From contig CBDCNP010000002.1 in assembly GCA_965219415.1 (NCBI GenBank), positions 1,056,001-1,120,000 on the forward strand: 64,000 bases of DNA, given 5' to 3'. Within the stretch, counting starts at the first letter, position 1. Each line of letters starts with the position of its first letter. The position numbers and the translations under genes were made by a program. This stretch comes from Candidatus Marinacidobacterales bacterium (GTDB taxonomy: Bacteria; Acidobacteriota; Vicinamibacteria; Marinacidobacterales; DATDRI01). The notes beneath the pieces were generated by a model that saw only the letters and a program-made list of their open reading frames with translations, had not been told where the DNA came from and did no database searches. Shown piece after piece: positions 47,136 to 58,047 of the stretch.

Positions 47136-49976
47136 CTAGAACCGCCAACGAAATCCGAGACGGAAAGACCGCGGTCGCACGATTCCCGTGGTCGAGCCGA
47201 AGGCACGTTGGCTGTCCACGCTTTGCTCGGCATCGGTCTGGACGCCGGAGTTGAACACGTTGAATATGTCGACCATGGCGCTGGCGCGGCTATCTTTAAT
47301 CGGAAACAGCTTCTCGATCTTCAGATCGACGAGGATGCCACTGGGGTTGCGGAAGGAGCCTCTCGGCTCAGCCCAGATTTCCTGATCGCGCGGCTGGATG
47401 TCGATGAGCGGAATGTTCTGGTTGTACGGGTTCCCCGTGAAGATATTAACGTAGGTTCCGAGGATGACCTCCGCTGGCCCTTCGAATAATAGAGTAGAGG
47501 CAGCCACCTTGACCAGGTGGGTCGGATCGATCGTGAGGTGGCCGTCGGCGTTAATCTGCCAGTTGGGGTTATCATAGAGCGCCGAGCCGCCGAGCCCGGT
47601 GCTCCGTCCCTCTCGGAACTCCCCGAATTCGTTGTCATCGGTGCCGGTGGCCCTGCCGTAAGTGTACGAGCCCTGGGCTTGCCAGTTGTTCGACCAACGC
47701 TTGTTGAGGGTCGCGGTGATGCCGAAGTACGTCCGTTTCTGCTCGAAGTCCGTTAACGGTTGAAACGCCTGCCCGTAGTCTCTCCCCGGCTCGACGTTGG
47801 TGATGAGGAATTTGTTCTCACCGGGGTTGAGCTGGTTGAAGACGGTGAAGGACTTTCCGGTGAACTCGTCGGTGTACGGCACCGGCTCCCAAATGCCCGT
47901 CAGATTCAGAGGGTCCATGAAATCATGGTTGGTTATGTAGATGCCGGTGAGGTCCGCCGAGAAGTTTGCGGCCAGCTCCTTTTCGAAGCCCACCGCGAAC
48001 TGCCGATTGAAAGGTACCCTCAGATCGGGATCGACCGTGAACTGAGTTTCGTCGCGCACCTCTGTGAACTCGTGCACATATTGCTCTCCGTCCCAGGCGA
48101 AGAGCGAGAAATCGCTCTCCGGAGCCAAGCGGCTGAAGAAGAGGGCATGCACCTGGCGGTAGTACTTGCCCCAGTGGGCCTTGACGACCGCCGAGTTATC
48201 CCCAGACACGTCGATGGTGACCCCGATACGAGGCGCCAGGCCGTTTTTCGGCTTGTAGATCGTTCCGATGTCGATGAGTTCTCCCTCTGTCACCTTCGAT
48301 CCACCACTGGCTTTCTGCCCTGCCGCGGAGCCGCGCCAGCGGTTGAATCGAAGTCCGAGGTTCAGCCGGACCTTTTCGTTGACGTCCCAGGAGTCCTGCG
48401 CGTAGGCAGAGAATTTCTTGGGCGTGGCGAAGGTGCTGTAGCCGGCACCCTGCTCAAGGAGGTAGGGCTCGCCCCCCTGGTCGATGTAGAACCTTCCGCC
48501 GGTGGTGCCGAAATAGGTGTGGACCGGCGTGCTCTCCCATGTGCCGCCGAACTTGAAGTCGTGCGCGCCCCCGAGAAACTCCTCGGTGTAATGCGTGAGC
48601 GACGCGACGACCATGTAGCGCTCGCGATCGGCGTTGAAAGGGAAGGGAAAGTTGCCGCTGATGTGGTCCGTGAACTCGTCGAAACGGGCCGGCGTATCAT
48701 TATCTCCCGACTGCGAGCGTTCGGTGCCGTCCTGGAAGTGCCCGCCGAACTTTCCTTCGAAGAGCGTGTTATCGGACAAGAGATTGGTGTAGTTGAGGTT
48801 CCAGAAGTACTGGGTTCTCTCGCCGCGGAATTCCGTTCCCGGGGTATACCAGCCGCCATCGTCCGAACCAATGTTGTCCTCGGTCCGCTTGCTGTACTCG
48901 AGCAACCCGGTAAGGTGCTGCTTCTCCGCTAACTGCCAACTGACCTTGCCGATCATGCGCGAGTCCCTGTCCTTGGGGCCCTCGGTGAAGCCCGGGTCGG
49001 GCTTCGCGTCCGACAGTGAATACCTGAGCGAACCGAAGAACCACACTTTGTCTGCCTGGATGGGCCCGCCGACATCGACATGGTACGTTTGCCGGGTCGA
49101 AAAGAAGCCTCTGCGCTCGAGATCCGAATCGTCGGTATTCGAGCTGACCCAATCATCGTCCGTGAAGGTCAAGTCGACCAACCCTCGAATGTCGTTCGAG
49201 CCCGATTTCGTCGTCGCGTTGACGACGACGCCGTCGAAGCCATCGTACTCGGCGGGAGCTCCCAGGCCCATGACGTTGATCTCCTGGAGGGAGTCGAAAC
49301 CGAGGGGCGTCTCGGCCTCCCCCGCCTCCGGACTGTTGATGATCACGCCGTCGATGGCATACTGAATGCCCTGATCCGATCCGCCGTACGCGGAGTAGCC
49401 GCGACCGTCAGTGCCTGACCGACCTCCCGGATTGGAGTTATGCACCCCAGGTGTCAGTTTCACAATCCCTGCGATATTCTTTCCGGTAGGAACGTTCATG
49501 AGGACTTCGCTCGAGAGCTGCGTCGTCGCGAGCTCCGAACCCTGGACGTCCATGAGCGGAGGAATCGCGGTGACCTGGACGGTCTCGGTGACACTTCCCA
49601 GTTGCATCCGGAAGTCCACTCTGAGCGTCTGCTGGGTGCTCAAGCGAACGTCGTCCTGTCGTGCCGACGAGAAGCCGTCCATCGATGCCACGACCGAGTA
49701 AGTCCCCCTCCGGACCGCCGGGAATCGGTACGAGCCGCGTGCATCCGTCACCGCAGTGTGCTCGGTGCCCCGGTCCTCTCTGAGTATGGTTACCGTCGCG
49801 CCGGGCAGCACCCCGCCCTGCTCGTCGGTGACGACACCGTTAATCTGACCGGTGTCACGGGATTGGGCCCCCGCGAACGGTGCGCTGAGCAGTAATACCA
49901 GGCAGCCGAACACTGCCACCGACGCCATTGTTCTGGTGCCGCTTCTTCCTATCATCATCATTGCCCTCGACTTCAT
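47136..49976 (-). CDS. TonB-dependent receptor (Oar-like, N-terminal carboxypeptidase-regulatory-like domain)
   Basis: Signal peptide, GVVTDEQGGVLPGATVT, plug YAIDG...GVVVNATTKSGSN, YAQDSW...LNLGLR, C-terminal FRLGFRWRF. Confidence 0.92.
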   Translation of the reverse strand: MKSRAMMMIGRSGTRTMASVAVFGCLVLLLSAPFAGAQSRDTGQINGVVTDEQGGVLPGATVTILREDRGTEHTAVTDARGSYRFPAVRRGTYSVVASMDGFSSARQDDVRLSTQQTLRVDFRMQLGSVTETVQVTAIPPLMDVQGSELATTQLSSEVLMNVPTGKNIAGIVKLTPGVHNSNPGGRSGTDGRGYSAYGGSDQGIQYAIDGVIINSPEAGEAETPLGFDSLQEINVMGLGAPAEYDGFDGVVVNATTKSGSNDIRGLVDLTFTDDDWVSSNTDDSDLERRGFFSTRQTYHVDVGGPIQADKVWFFGSLRYSLSDAKPDPGFTEGPKDRDSRMIGKVSWQLAEKQHLTGLLEYSKRTEDNIGSDDGGWYTPGTEFRGERTQYFWNLNYTNLLSDNTLFEGKFGGHFQDGTERSQSGDNDTPARFDEFTDHISGNFPFPFNADRERYMVVASLTHYTEEFLGGAHDFKFGGTWESTPVHTYFGTTGGRFYIDQGGEPYLLEQGAGYSTFATPKKFSAYAQDSWDVNEKVRLNLGLRFNRWRGSAAGQKASGGSKVTEGELIDIGTIYKPKNGLAPRIGVTIDVSGDNSAVVKAHWGKYYRQVHALFFSRLAPESDFSLFAWDGEQYVHEFTEVRDETQFTVDPDLRVPFNRQFAVGFEKELAANFSADLTGIYITNHDFMDPLNLTGIWEPVPYTDEFTGKSFTVFNQLNPGENKFLITNVEPGRDYGQAFQPLTDFEQKRTYFGITATLNKRWSNNWQAQGSYTYGRATGTDDNEFGEFREGRSTGLGGSALYDNPNWQINADGHLTIDPTHLVKVAASTLLFEGPAEVILGTYVNIFTGNPYNQNIPLIDIQPRDQEIWAEPRGSFRNPSGILVDLKIEKLFPIKDSRASAMVDIFNVFNSGVQTDAEQSVDSQRAFGSTTGIVRPRSFRLGFRWRF

Positions 49977-50051
49977 CCGACCACCCCTTTCCAAATGAAT
50001 AAAGGCCAGTTGTTGCCCCAAGTCAAACTGGGATTGTAGAACCTTTCGATT

Positions 50052-50061
50052 TTGTATGCAA
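50052..50061. promoter_or_regulatory. Putative GntR operator upstream of the TonB receptor
   Basis: TTGTATGCAA, one mismatch from the palindrome at 50924, in an AT-rich intergenic region. Confidence 0.55.
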
Positions 50062-50177
50062 TACCTAATTTACGATTCTTGCACAGTGCATTCTGGATAC
50101 GAGATTATGGATCAGGTACAAAATTATGGATCTTTGTTCGCTTTTGGCTCTTACTCCCGATCTAGGCCATCATTCGT

Positions 50178-50879
50178 CTAGGCCCGCTCCTGGATGACCG
50201 TGGTCTCTTCCGACGCGCGTCCGACAAGCCTCTCCACGAAGTCGTTATAGGTCGTAAGCCGGTTCTTTTCAAGAACCGCCAGGCCACGCTCGTAGTCCTT
50301 GCCCTCGATAGCCTGCAGAATCTCATTGTGCTCCGCAATCGATTCGTCCCACTCATTGATGGCGGAGAAGGCCCAGACCTCTAGCCGCTTGACCTGCATG
50401 CGTAGCTCGTCGAGTAGCTCGCAGAGCCGACGATTCCCGCACTTTTCCGAGAGCTGGTGGTGAAACTGATTGTTGAGCTCGATACCGGCCCCAATGTCGT
50501 TCAGGCGCTTGGCGCCTTCGTAGTCCTGGTTGGCAGCCCGGAGCCGATCCAGTGCGTCTTCATCAATTCGCGGAAAAGACAGGCGGGCGGCGAGAAGCTC
50601 GAGCGCACCTATGATCGGATAGAGCTCGACGAGCTCTGCGATGGATTCCTTGGGCACGCGGAATCCACGATGTGGGATCCGCTCGAGGAAGCCTTCCGAT
50701 GCGAGTCGGCCGAGAGATTCCCGAACCGGAGTTCGGCTTACTCCCAACCCTTCACTGACTTCCTGCTCGCGGATGAACTCCCCGGACCCGACTTTCCCGG
50801 CCAGGATCCGGTCCCTCAGCGCCTGATAGACTTTTTCTGTCAACGTCGTGGACGTGAGCCGTTCCCACGAGTCGGTCAT
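50178..50879 (-). CDS. GntR-family regulator (HTH + FCD domain)
   Basis: LGVSRTPVRESL...EGFL HTH; NNQFH..L...GNRRL and EHNEIL in the FCD domain. Confidence 0.93.
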   Translation of the reverse strand: MTDSWERLTSTTLTEKVYQALRDRILAGKVGSGEFIREQEVSEGLGVSRTPVRESLGRLASEGFLERIPHRGFRVPKESIAELVELYPIIGALELLAARLSFPRIDEDALDRLRAANQDYEGAKRLNDIGAGIELNNQFHHQLSEKCGNRRLCELLDELRMQVKRLEVWAFSAINEWDESIAEHNEILQAIEGKDYERGLAVLEKNRLTTYNDFVERLVGRASEETTVIQERA

Positions 50880-50923
50880 GAGGTCCACCTTGTATCACAG
50901 AAACAGGTAGTTTTCTCCAATTT

Positions 50924-50933
50924 TTGTATACAA
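50924..50933. promoter_or_regulatory. Putative GntR autoregulatory operator
   Basis: Perfect palindrome TTGTATACAA 45 bp upstream of gntR; fits the TNGT-N-ACNA pattern of FadR-subfamily sites. Confidence 0.6.
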
Positions 50934-51028
50934 TGATTTCGTCGGGAGCTAAATTCGTGTGGAAGCTTGAATTTGGGGCGGCAATTCGTGCCCAGGGTCG
51001 TCCGTCAACAGTCCGCCGATGGCCTCAC

Positions 51029-53050
51029 ATGATTTTGCTGCCCTTGATCCTGAGCGGTTGTGCCGCAGAATTAGAGGATCCTCGCACACCCGGCCAGTCC
51101 CGGGCCGCGATTCCGCATCCGCCTTTGGACGAGATGGATCGGGTCGTTGCGCGCGAGCTGGAATCTCGCCGAGCCGAGCTCGACGCTCTTCTGGCTAGAG
51201 ATGATCTGGCGCCGGCAGAACGGGGGGGCGCCATCGGGCAAATGGGCCGAGTGTACCACGCGCATCGCCTGCACGACATGGCAGAAGCCTGCTATCGGGA
51301 AGCCCACGCGCTCGAGCCCGAGCGCTTCGATTGGTCCTACTATCTTGGCGTTCTACTTTCCCTGCGCGGCGACCCTGACGAAGCGGCCGCGGCTTTCGAA
51401 GTCGCTCTCGAACTGCGGCCGCAGGACGTGCCGACCCTGATTCGGCTCGCAGACACCGAGCTCGAGCGCGGGCGGACCGAAGCAGCACAAACGCTCTACG
51501 AAAAGGCCCTGTCCTTGGATGAGTCGCTGGCGGCGGCGGAATATGGGCTCGGTAGGGTGGCGACCACGCAGCGACGCTTCGAAGACGCGGTCGAGCATTT
51601 CAACAAGACGCTGTCCCTCCAGCCCCGTGCGCTGGTGGTTCATTATCAACTGGGCCAAGCGTATCGTCAGTTGAACCAGCTTGAGAATGCGAGGCACCAC
51701 CTTGCAGAAAGCGGCAAAGCGAAGGTCGCGCTTCAGGACCCGCTGGTGAAAAAGCTGAGCGCAGTCACCCGCGGCGCCTCGCCCCACATCGCCCAGGGAA
51801 CCGCCGCCATGCGACAGGGTCGACCCCTCATGGCCGCCGCGGCGTACCGCCGCGCCATAGAGGCAGATCCCAAGAACGTCCAAGCCCGTCAGAGCCTCGG
51901 TACGGTCCTGATCCGGCTCGGAGACTTGGAAGGAGCGGTGGAGCAATTCACTGCCGCCGCCGAGCTGGCACCCGAAGACGCGCCGGCGCAGACCACGCTG
52001 GGGAACGCACTTGCCGAGCAGGGCGATTACGAACAGGCCCTGAAGCATCTTCGCCGTGCGGTCGAGCTCGAGCCGGAGCTAACCGAGGCCCTTTTTAGTC
52101 TCGGTAAGATCCTCGCCGGCCTTCGTCGGTACGACGAGGCGGTGAGCACTTATCGCAGGGTACTCGAGATCGATCCGAACCATCTCCCGGCGCGCTCACG
52201 ATTAGGGACCACGCTCGCCCAATCCGGAAACCTCGAAGAGAGCATCTCGCATCTGCGGGAAGTCGCGCGTCAGAACCCAGAAGACGCGCGGGCGCATCTG
52301 AACCTCGGTGCGGCGCTCGGGCAGGCGGGTGAATACGACGCCGCCATCCGAGAGAACCAGAGAGTTCTGGAGCTGGCGCCGCCGCCGGAAACACAGGCGC
52401 TAGCGCACTTCTATCTGGGGTCTTTTTACGAACGCAAAAACGATCCCGACCGCGCGCTGGAGCACTACCGTCGAGCGCTGGAAGAGAATGGCGAGCTGGT
52501 GGAGGGCCACTTCTATCTGGCGGAATTTCTCGCTAGGTCCGACCGCCTGACCGAAGCGCTACCTCACTACGCTCGGGTCGGCGAGATCGAACCAAGTCAC
52601 GGAATCGCCCGGCTTCGGGAGGCCGAGGTGCTCATGCGCCTGGGTCGATTCCCCGAAGCGAAGAGGGTTTTGGAAGACGCCGTGGCAACGTCCCCCCGGG
52701 ATCCGACCTTGGCTCACGCGCTGGGTAGGCTCCTGGCCGGGGCACCGGACGCGTCGCTTCGCAACGGGCCGCGGGGACTCGCGCTGGCGGAGCGGTTGCT
52801 CGAGACGGCGAGCACCCCTCCCCACATTGAAACGCTGGCCATGGCTTTGGCCGAGGCGGGCCAGTTCGAAGAAGCGACGCGTGCGCAGAGCACCGTGCTT
52901 GCGGAAGCCAAAAGGCTGAATCGAAAGTTTGACGCCGAGAGATTGGAGCGCAACCTGGCGCGCTACGAGAACCAAACCGCTTGCTGCGCCACCCCGTCCG
53001 ACGCCTTTCCTGTGGTGTTGCCCAACTCCCCGTTTGCCAATCGGCGCTAG
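51029..53050 (+). CDS. Large TPR-repeat protein (probable lipoprotein; start uncertain)
   Basis: ILSGC lipobox-like motif, many TPRs, C-terminal LLAGAPDASLRNG..ALALA...TLAMALAEAG. Same family as 34710-36101. Confidence 0.85.
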   Translation: MILLPLILSGCAAELEDPRTPGQSRAAIPHPPLDEMDRVVARELESRRAELDALLARDDLAPAERGGAIGQMGRVYHAHRLHDMAEACYREAHALEPERFDWSYYLGVLLSLRGDPDEAAAAFEVALELRPQDVPTLIRLADTELERGRTEAAQTLYEKALSLDESLAAAEYGLGRVATTQRRFEDAVEHFNKTLSLQPRALVVHYQLGQAYRQLNQLENARHHLAESGKAKVALQDPLVKKLSAVTRGASPHIAQGTAAMRQGRPLMAAAAYRRAIEADPKNVQARQSLGTVLIRLGDLEGAVEQFTAAAELAPEDAPAQTTLGNALAEQGDYEQALKHLRRAVELEPELTEALFSLGKILAGLRRYDEAVSTYRRVLEIDPNHLPARSRLGTTLAQSGNLEESISHLREVARQNPEDARAHLNLGAALGQAGEYDAAIRENQRVLELAPPPETQALAHFYLGSFYERKNDPDRALEHYRRALEENGELVEGHFYLAEFLARSDRLTEALPHYARVGEIEPSHGIARLREAEVLMRLGRFPEAKRVLEDAVATSPRDPTLAHALGRLLAGAPDASLRNGPRGLALAERLLETASTPPHIETLAMALAEAGQFEEATRAQSTVLAEAKRLNRKFDAERLERNLARYENQTACCATPSDAFPVVLPNSPFANRR

Positions 53051-53051
53051 C

Positions 53052-54821
53052 CTAAGGGCTCTTGCGACCGTCCCCTTGATGAAGTGTCGTATATTTCCCG
53101 GTCTCGATGCCGTCCCATTCTTCGTCGGTCCCATCCAGCCAACGTACCAAGACTCGGCTCACCTTGCTCGCCTCCCCGAGTCCGAGGATAACGCGCGGAT
53201 CCCCGGCCGAGGCGTAGCTGCCGTCGGTGTGAACCCTTCGCAAAAGAAGCGGCCCCTCGGCTCGTGAAACCACGACTTCCGCCCCCAGCATGTCGCGGTC
53301 TTTCCCCACCGCCCTCACTCCCACCCATGGCCCATCTTGGCCGACTTGGTTGAGCAGTAGCCGAACCGGCCCGTTGTTGTTTGCGACGACGACGTCTATG
53401 TCCCCGTCGTTGTCCACATCGCCAAACGCCGCGCCTCGACTCACCTCCGAAAGCTCGAACACCTTCCCTGCTTGCGACGTGATCTCCTCGAACTTCCCAG
53501 TACCGAAATTCCGGAACAGCTGGTTGGTCTGATGCAGTGGATACGGGTCTCCGACCCTAATGAGAGACTCCGAATCCCCCACCGCTCCGTTGACGACGAG
53601 GAAATCGAGCCAGCCGTCGTTGTCGTAGTCGAACCATCCGGTGCCGAATCCGGTGTAGGGGAGGCTCGGCAGCCCGAGCCCGGTTCGGAACGAGACGTCT
53701 TCGAAGAGCCCACTCCCTTCGTTCTCGTAGACGGTGTTCGACTCCTGATCGAGGTGGGTCATGACCAGGTCGACGTCGCCATCGGCGTCGAAGTCGAGGG
53801 CGTCCACACCCATGCTGGCCTCGGGCTGCCCGTCTTGGTTGACCGCGACCCCGGCGAATAGGGCCTCGTTTGTGAAAGTGCCGTCCTGTTGGTTGATCCA
53901 AAGCTGGTTCGGCATCCCATCGTTCGCAACGTACAAATCGATCCACCGGTCGCCGTTGAAGTCGGCCGCCACCGCTCCCAACCCGGCACCGTATTCGTTG
54001 CGGATTCCGGCTCGAACGGTGATGTCCTCGAACTGGCCGTTGCCGAGGTTCCGAAACAGACTGTCAGGCTCCGGGCGGTAGGCGCTCGGACTACAATAGG
54101 TCTCCGCACCGCTCGGGTATCTGCAAGGCTTGTGGGAGGCGATCGAGTAGTCCACGTAGTTCCCCACATAGAGATCCAACAAACCGTCCCGATCGAAGTC
54201 GAAAAACGTCGCCGCTACCGACCAGCGGGAGTCCTCCGTGCCGGTGGCGGCGGTGACGTCCTCGAACGTCCCATCGCCCCTGTTTCTCAAGAGCCGGTTC
54301 CCGTCGAAATTGGTGACATAGAGATCCACCCAACCGTCGTTGTCGTAATCTCCGGTTGCCACACCCATCCCGTACCCGTCGGAGAGCACGCCACTCGACT
54401 CGGTGACGTCGGTGAAACGGAGCTCACCGGAACGGTCCGTCCCACTCTGCAAGTCGTTACGGTACAGCCGGTCGGTGAGGGGCTCCGGGTGCTCGGGTGG
54501 GAAGAGCGCATCTGCCACCGTCTTTCCACGTCCGAGCATGTCGCCCTGAACTAGGTAGACGTCTAGATCGCCGTCGTTGTCATAGTCGAAGAGCGCAGCC
54601 CCACCCCCCATCATCTCGTGGAAGTAGTGCTCGCCCGACATCCCGTTGAAGTGAACGAATGTCAATCCGGCGGACTTCGCAACATCGACGAAAATTTCGG
54701 AAGCGTCCCCCGCCGTTGCCGGTTCCGGAGCGTCAGACGCACCGCGATCTGCTTCTTCGCCACAACTAGCGAGAAGAAGAGCCAAGGCCAGCGGTAGCGC
54801 CAAGGAGCTGCGCCTGGTCAT
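53052..54821 (-). CDS. CRTAC1-family (FG-GAP + ASPIC/UnbV) lipoprotein
   Basis: Lipobox LASC, EMMGGGAALFDYDNDGDLD, EASMG, SRGAAFGDVDNDGDID, GSYAS...GLG. Confidence 0.92.
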   Translation of the reverse strand: MTRRSSLALPLALALLLASCGEEADRGASDAPEPATAGDASEIFVDVAKSAGLTFVHFNGMSGEHYFHEMMGGGAALFDYDNDGDLDVYLVQGDMLGRGKTVADALFPPEHPEPLTDRLYRNDLQSGTDRSGELRFTDVTESSGVLSDGYGMGVATGDYDNDGWVDLYVTNFDGNRLLRNRGDGTFEDVTAATGTEDSRWSVAATFFDFDRDGLLDLYVGNYVDYSIASHKPCRYPSGAETYCSPSAYRPEPDSLFRNLGNGQFEDITVRAGIRNEYGAGLGAVAADFNGDRWIDLYVANDGMPNQLWINQQDGTFTNEALFAGVAVNQDGQPEASMGVDALDFDADGDVDLVMTHLDQESNTVYENEGSGLFEDVSFRTGLGLPSLPYTGFGTGWFDYDNDGWLDFLVVNGAVGDSESLIRVGDPYPLHQTNQLFRNFGTGKFEEITSQAGKVFELSEVSRGAAFGDVDNDGDIDVVVANNNGPVRLLLNQVGQDGPWVGVRAVGKDRDMLGAEVVVSRAEGPLLLRRVHTDGSYASAGDPRVILGLGEASKVSRVLVRWLDGTDEEWDGIETGKYTTLHQGDGRKSP

Positions 54822-56302
54822 GGAATTTCCTTTTCTAGTGCGCGGAGCCAATGCTGGTAGGCCCCGACGTACGCTTCGGTTTTGGAGGCGTCCGGCTCGA
54901 CGACCGCTAGGCGTTTGAGGCCCTCGAAGGCATCACCGAAGGACTCGTAGTAGGCGACTCCCACGCCGGCCGCCCGCGCCGCGCCTTCCGCACCGTCCGT
55001 TTCATAGAGCTCGATGGTCGCCCCGGTCACCCCGGCGAATGTGTCGCGGAAAACCGGGCTCTGAAACATGTTCGCTTGGCCTGCCTTGATGGCCGAGAGC
55101 TCGATTCCGAGCTCGTTCATGCACGCCATCCCGTATTTCAGCGCAAAGACGATCCCCTCTTGAGCGGCGCGTAGTAGGTGAGCTCGCGAATGGCGTTGGA
55201 AGTTTAAGTCATGGACCTGGCATCCGACGTCGCGATTACCGAGCACCCGCTCGGCGCCATTTCCGAACGGCATCACCACGACTCCGTCGCTACCGATTGG
55301 GACCTCGCCTGCCAGTCGATTCATCGACTCGTAATCCAGATCGGCAGCGACGTTCTTGCGCAACCAGGCGTTCAGCGCTCCGGTGCCATTGATACAGAGC
55401 AGCACCCCCAGCCGAGGATTCTCGGCCTGGTGATTGACGTGGGCAAACGTATTGACCCGCGATTGCGGGTCGGCTTTCACGACGTCGCTCACACCATAGA
55501 CGACACCTGAGGTTCCGGCGGTCGCCGCCACTTGACCGGGATCGACCGCGCTCAACGAGAACGCATTGTTGGGTTGATCCCCCGCTCGGTAGGAAACTTT
55601 CGTGCCCGCATTCAAACCGAGCTCCGCGGCGGCACCCCGCGTCAGCTCTCCTTGCACCGAGAAAGTCGGCAGGACATCAGGAACGAGAGCCGGATCGACT
55701 CCATAGTGCTCGAGGAGAAATCCAGCGACTTCGTTGCTTGTAAAATCCCAGAGCGTCCCTTCCGACAAACCGGACGACGTGGTGTTGATGTCGCCGGTCA
55801 TGCGCATCGCTACGTAGTCGCCGGGGAGCATGAACTTATGAATGCGGCCATAGATTTCTGTTTCGTTCTCTTTGACCCACCGGAGCTTGGAAGCCGTAAA
55901 GTTTCCCGGGGAATTGAGGAGTCTTTCGAGGCACCTGTCCGGGCCGATCTCCTGAAAAGCCTTGTCACCGATCTCGACTGCGCGGCTGTCACACCAGATG
56001 ATCGCAGGCCTCAATACACTACCGCCACGATCGACCACGACGAGGCCGTGCATTTGATAGGAAATGCCGATCGATCCGATGTCTTCCGTACGAACGTCGG
56101 CGCTCGCCAGAACCTTGCTGACCGCGAGCTTCAGGTGCTCCCACCACTGACCCGGCTCCTGCTCCGCCCACCCAGGTTGAGGCGCGTCGATCTTCATCTC
56201 CGTTTCCGGCGAAAAGGCAGACGCCACCGACGCCCCCGACGAGAGATCGATGAGGGAGGCCTTGACGGAAGAGCTTCCGATATCTAGACCTAGTGAGTGC
56301 AT
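54818..56302 (-). CDS. xylB: Xylulokinase (FGGY family)
   Basis: LGLDIGSSSVK, YQMHGLV, IIWCDSR, FTASKL.W, AGDQPNNA, GTSGV; xylA is nearby. Confidence 0.9.
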   Translation of the reverse strand: MHSLGLDIGSSSVKASLIDLSSGASVASAFSPETEMKIDAPQPGWAEQEPGQWWEHLKLAVSKVLASADVRTEDIGSIGISYQMHGLVVVDRGGSVLRPAIIWCDSRAVEIGDKAFQEIGPDRCLERLLNSPGNFTASKLRWVKENETEIYGRIHKFMLPGDYVAMRMTGDINTTSSGLSEGTLWDFTSNEVAGFLLEHYGVDPALVPDVLPTFSVQGELTRGAAAELGLNAGTKVSYRAGDQPNNAFSLSAVDPGQVAATAGTSGVVYGVSDVVKADPQSRVNTFAHVNHQAENPRLGVLLCINGTGALNAWLRKNVAADLDYESMNRLAGEVPIGSDGVVVMPFGNGAERVLGNRDVGCQVHDLNFQRHSRAHLLRAAQEGIVFALKYGMACMNELGIELSAIKAGQANMFQSPVFRDTFAGVTGATIELYETDGAEGAARAAGVGVAYYESFGDAFEGLKRLAVVEPDASKTEAYVGAYQHWLRALEKEIP

Positions 56303-56402
56303 GTTCGTCCTCGGAAGGACGCTAGCACACCCCTGCTGGCGAAGGAAGAGCTCTTGCACGTAGGGGTGAAACGGGCTTCGAGCGGCGGTGGAGGTGACTA
56401 AT

Positions 56403-57702
56403 TTACCGGCGGCGTTCAGGGACCTGCTCGATCATCAGATCTTGATCGGTAACCAAAAGCTCGGGCTCGTTGCCGCTCAGGTACTCCCGCCGGGCCGGCA
56501 ACACTCGGTTTCGGCCTTGGCTCTTGGCGGTATAAAGGGCCGCGTCGGCCGCCTGTAACAAATTGGTCGAATCGAGCCCATGCGCCGGGTAAGCCGCCAC
56601 GCCTCCACTGACACTCAAGACACCGAGCGGCTGGCGGTCGGCGAACGGCAAGTTCCCTTGCTCGATCGCGTTTCTGATCTTTTCCGCCACCACCAGTGCC
56701 TCCATGAGCTCGGTATCCGGCAGTACCAACAAGAATTCTTCCCCACCGAACCGCCCGAAGATGTCATCTTCGCGAATAGTTTTCACGACCAGTTGCGCAA
56801 GCTCCCGGAGCAGATGATCACCGGCGACGTGTCCATTCACGTCGTTGTAGTTTTTGAAGTTGTCGATGTCGAAGAGAAAGACCGTGAACCCGGAGACATT
56901 CTCACGCGCTTGCTGCATTAGGTCCCCCGAGAGTCTGGATGAGGTGACGTTTGTTGAAAATCTTGGTGAGTCCGTCCACGTCAGCCGAGAATTTCGTGCG
57001 CCGATAGACAGCTGCATTGCGAGCCGTGAGGGCACCGATCTGAGCGATGACTCGCAGCGCTGCTTTGGCGTCGGAAGCTTCATAGGGTCCGTAGGACAAG
57101 CCCGACAGTGCGATGACCCCGGCGGTCTCACCATCGATTACCATCGGCGCCGCCAGCTCGGGCTGGAAATCGACGAGTGGCTCGCCGGTGATGGTCGCCG
57201 GTTCGAAATGTCTCTCTCGGTCGAAATCGTAGCGGCTCATGACGATTTGAGTCTCCGCGACCAGTCCGATCTCGCCCCGGCCGATCAAGATGGCCTCCCC
57301 CTTCTGTATTCGAGACTTTTCTGGATGGAGGACCGCCACCACCAGTTCACCGGGTTGGGATGTCGCCTCACCTCGACGCCACAAGACCAACGCCTCCTGC
57401 GGCTTCAAAGCCTGTCGCACGATGTGCAGGAGAATTTCGGCTAAACGACGGGTACTGACTTGGCTGTGAAGCTCCTTGGTGAGCGAGGGAAGATCGCGAA
57501 GGAAACCGCTGAGAAATTGCTTGTGCTCCTCGACCGAGCGTATACCTTGCTGGAGGTCGGAAGGAAGGGTCCCGAACTCCCGTTCACTTTCGAGCTCCCC
57601 GATGGCTTGCTTGAGTTTATCCCGCAGTCGGAGATTGGAGCGCACGAGAAGGCACAACGCGAGACACCCAGCGATAGTCGTAACAACACTTAGATCGGGC
57701 AA
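56403..57702 (-). CDS. Membrane-anchored GAF-GGDEF diguanylate cyclase (one frameshift in a G5 run at ~56925)
   Basis: TTG start with GAGGAG RBS, TM, GAF-like region, DGLT.IFNKR, DIDNFK.YND..GH..GD, RxxD I-site (REDD), RFGGEEF. Confidence 0.88.
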
Positions 57703-58047
57703 GAGCTACTCCTCCTCGGGAGTGATACAAGAACGGTGCCGTCTCCACCAACTGAGCCCTCGTCGCCGAATGGGCGCAACCTCTTTCATGAGTTGGGTTT
57801 TTGCCGACGTGGGGGTCGACCCGAACCGTATGCTTTCCGCTACGGATGGGGAGTTTTACCCGACCGGTGGGGGAAAAAGGCAACACCTTCTCAACGGAAA
57901 CCCGGGGTGCGCACCCCCCCCACGGATCCCGGCCCGTCGCCGCAAGAGCAAGTTGCACACCGTCCTGGCGCCCTCCGCCATCGATGAAAACGCCCTTCAA
58001 GTCACCCTGGCACGCAGCTTGAGTCCAAATATCACGCATAGTCACTA

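Noticed and set aside
57800-57930. c-di-GMP riboswitch upstream of the GGDEF/DUF4388 genes
   Set aside because: Only short GC palindromes (GGGTCGACCC, GGGGTGCGCACCCC) are present; no convincing GEMM consensus by eye. A covariance-model search would decide.
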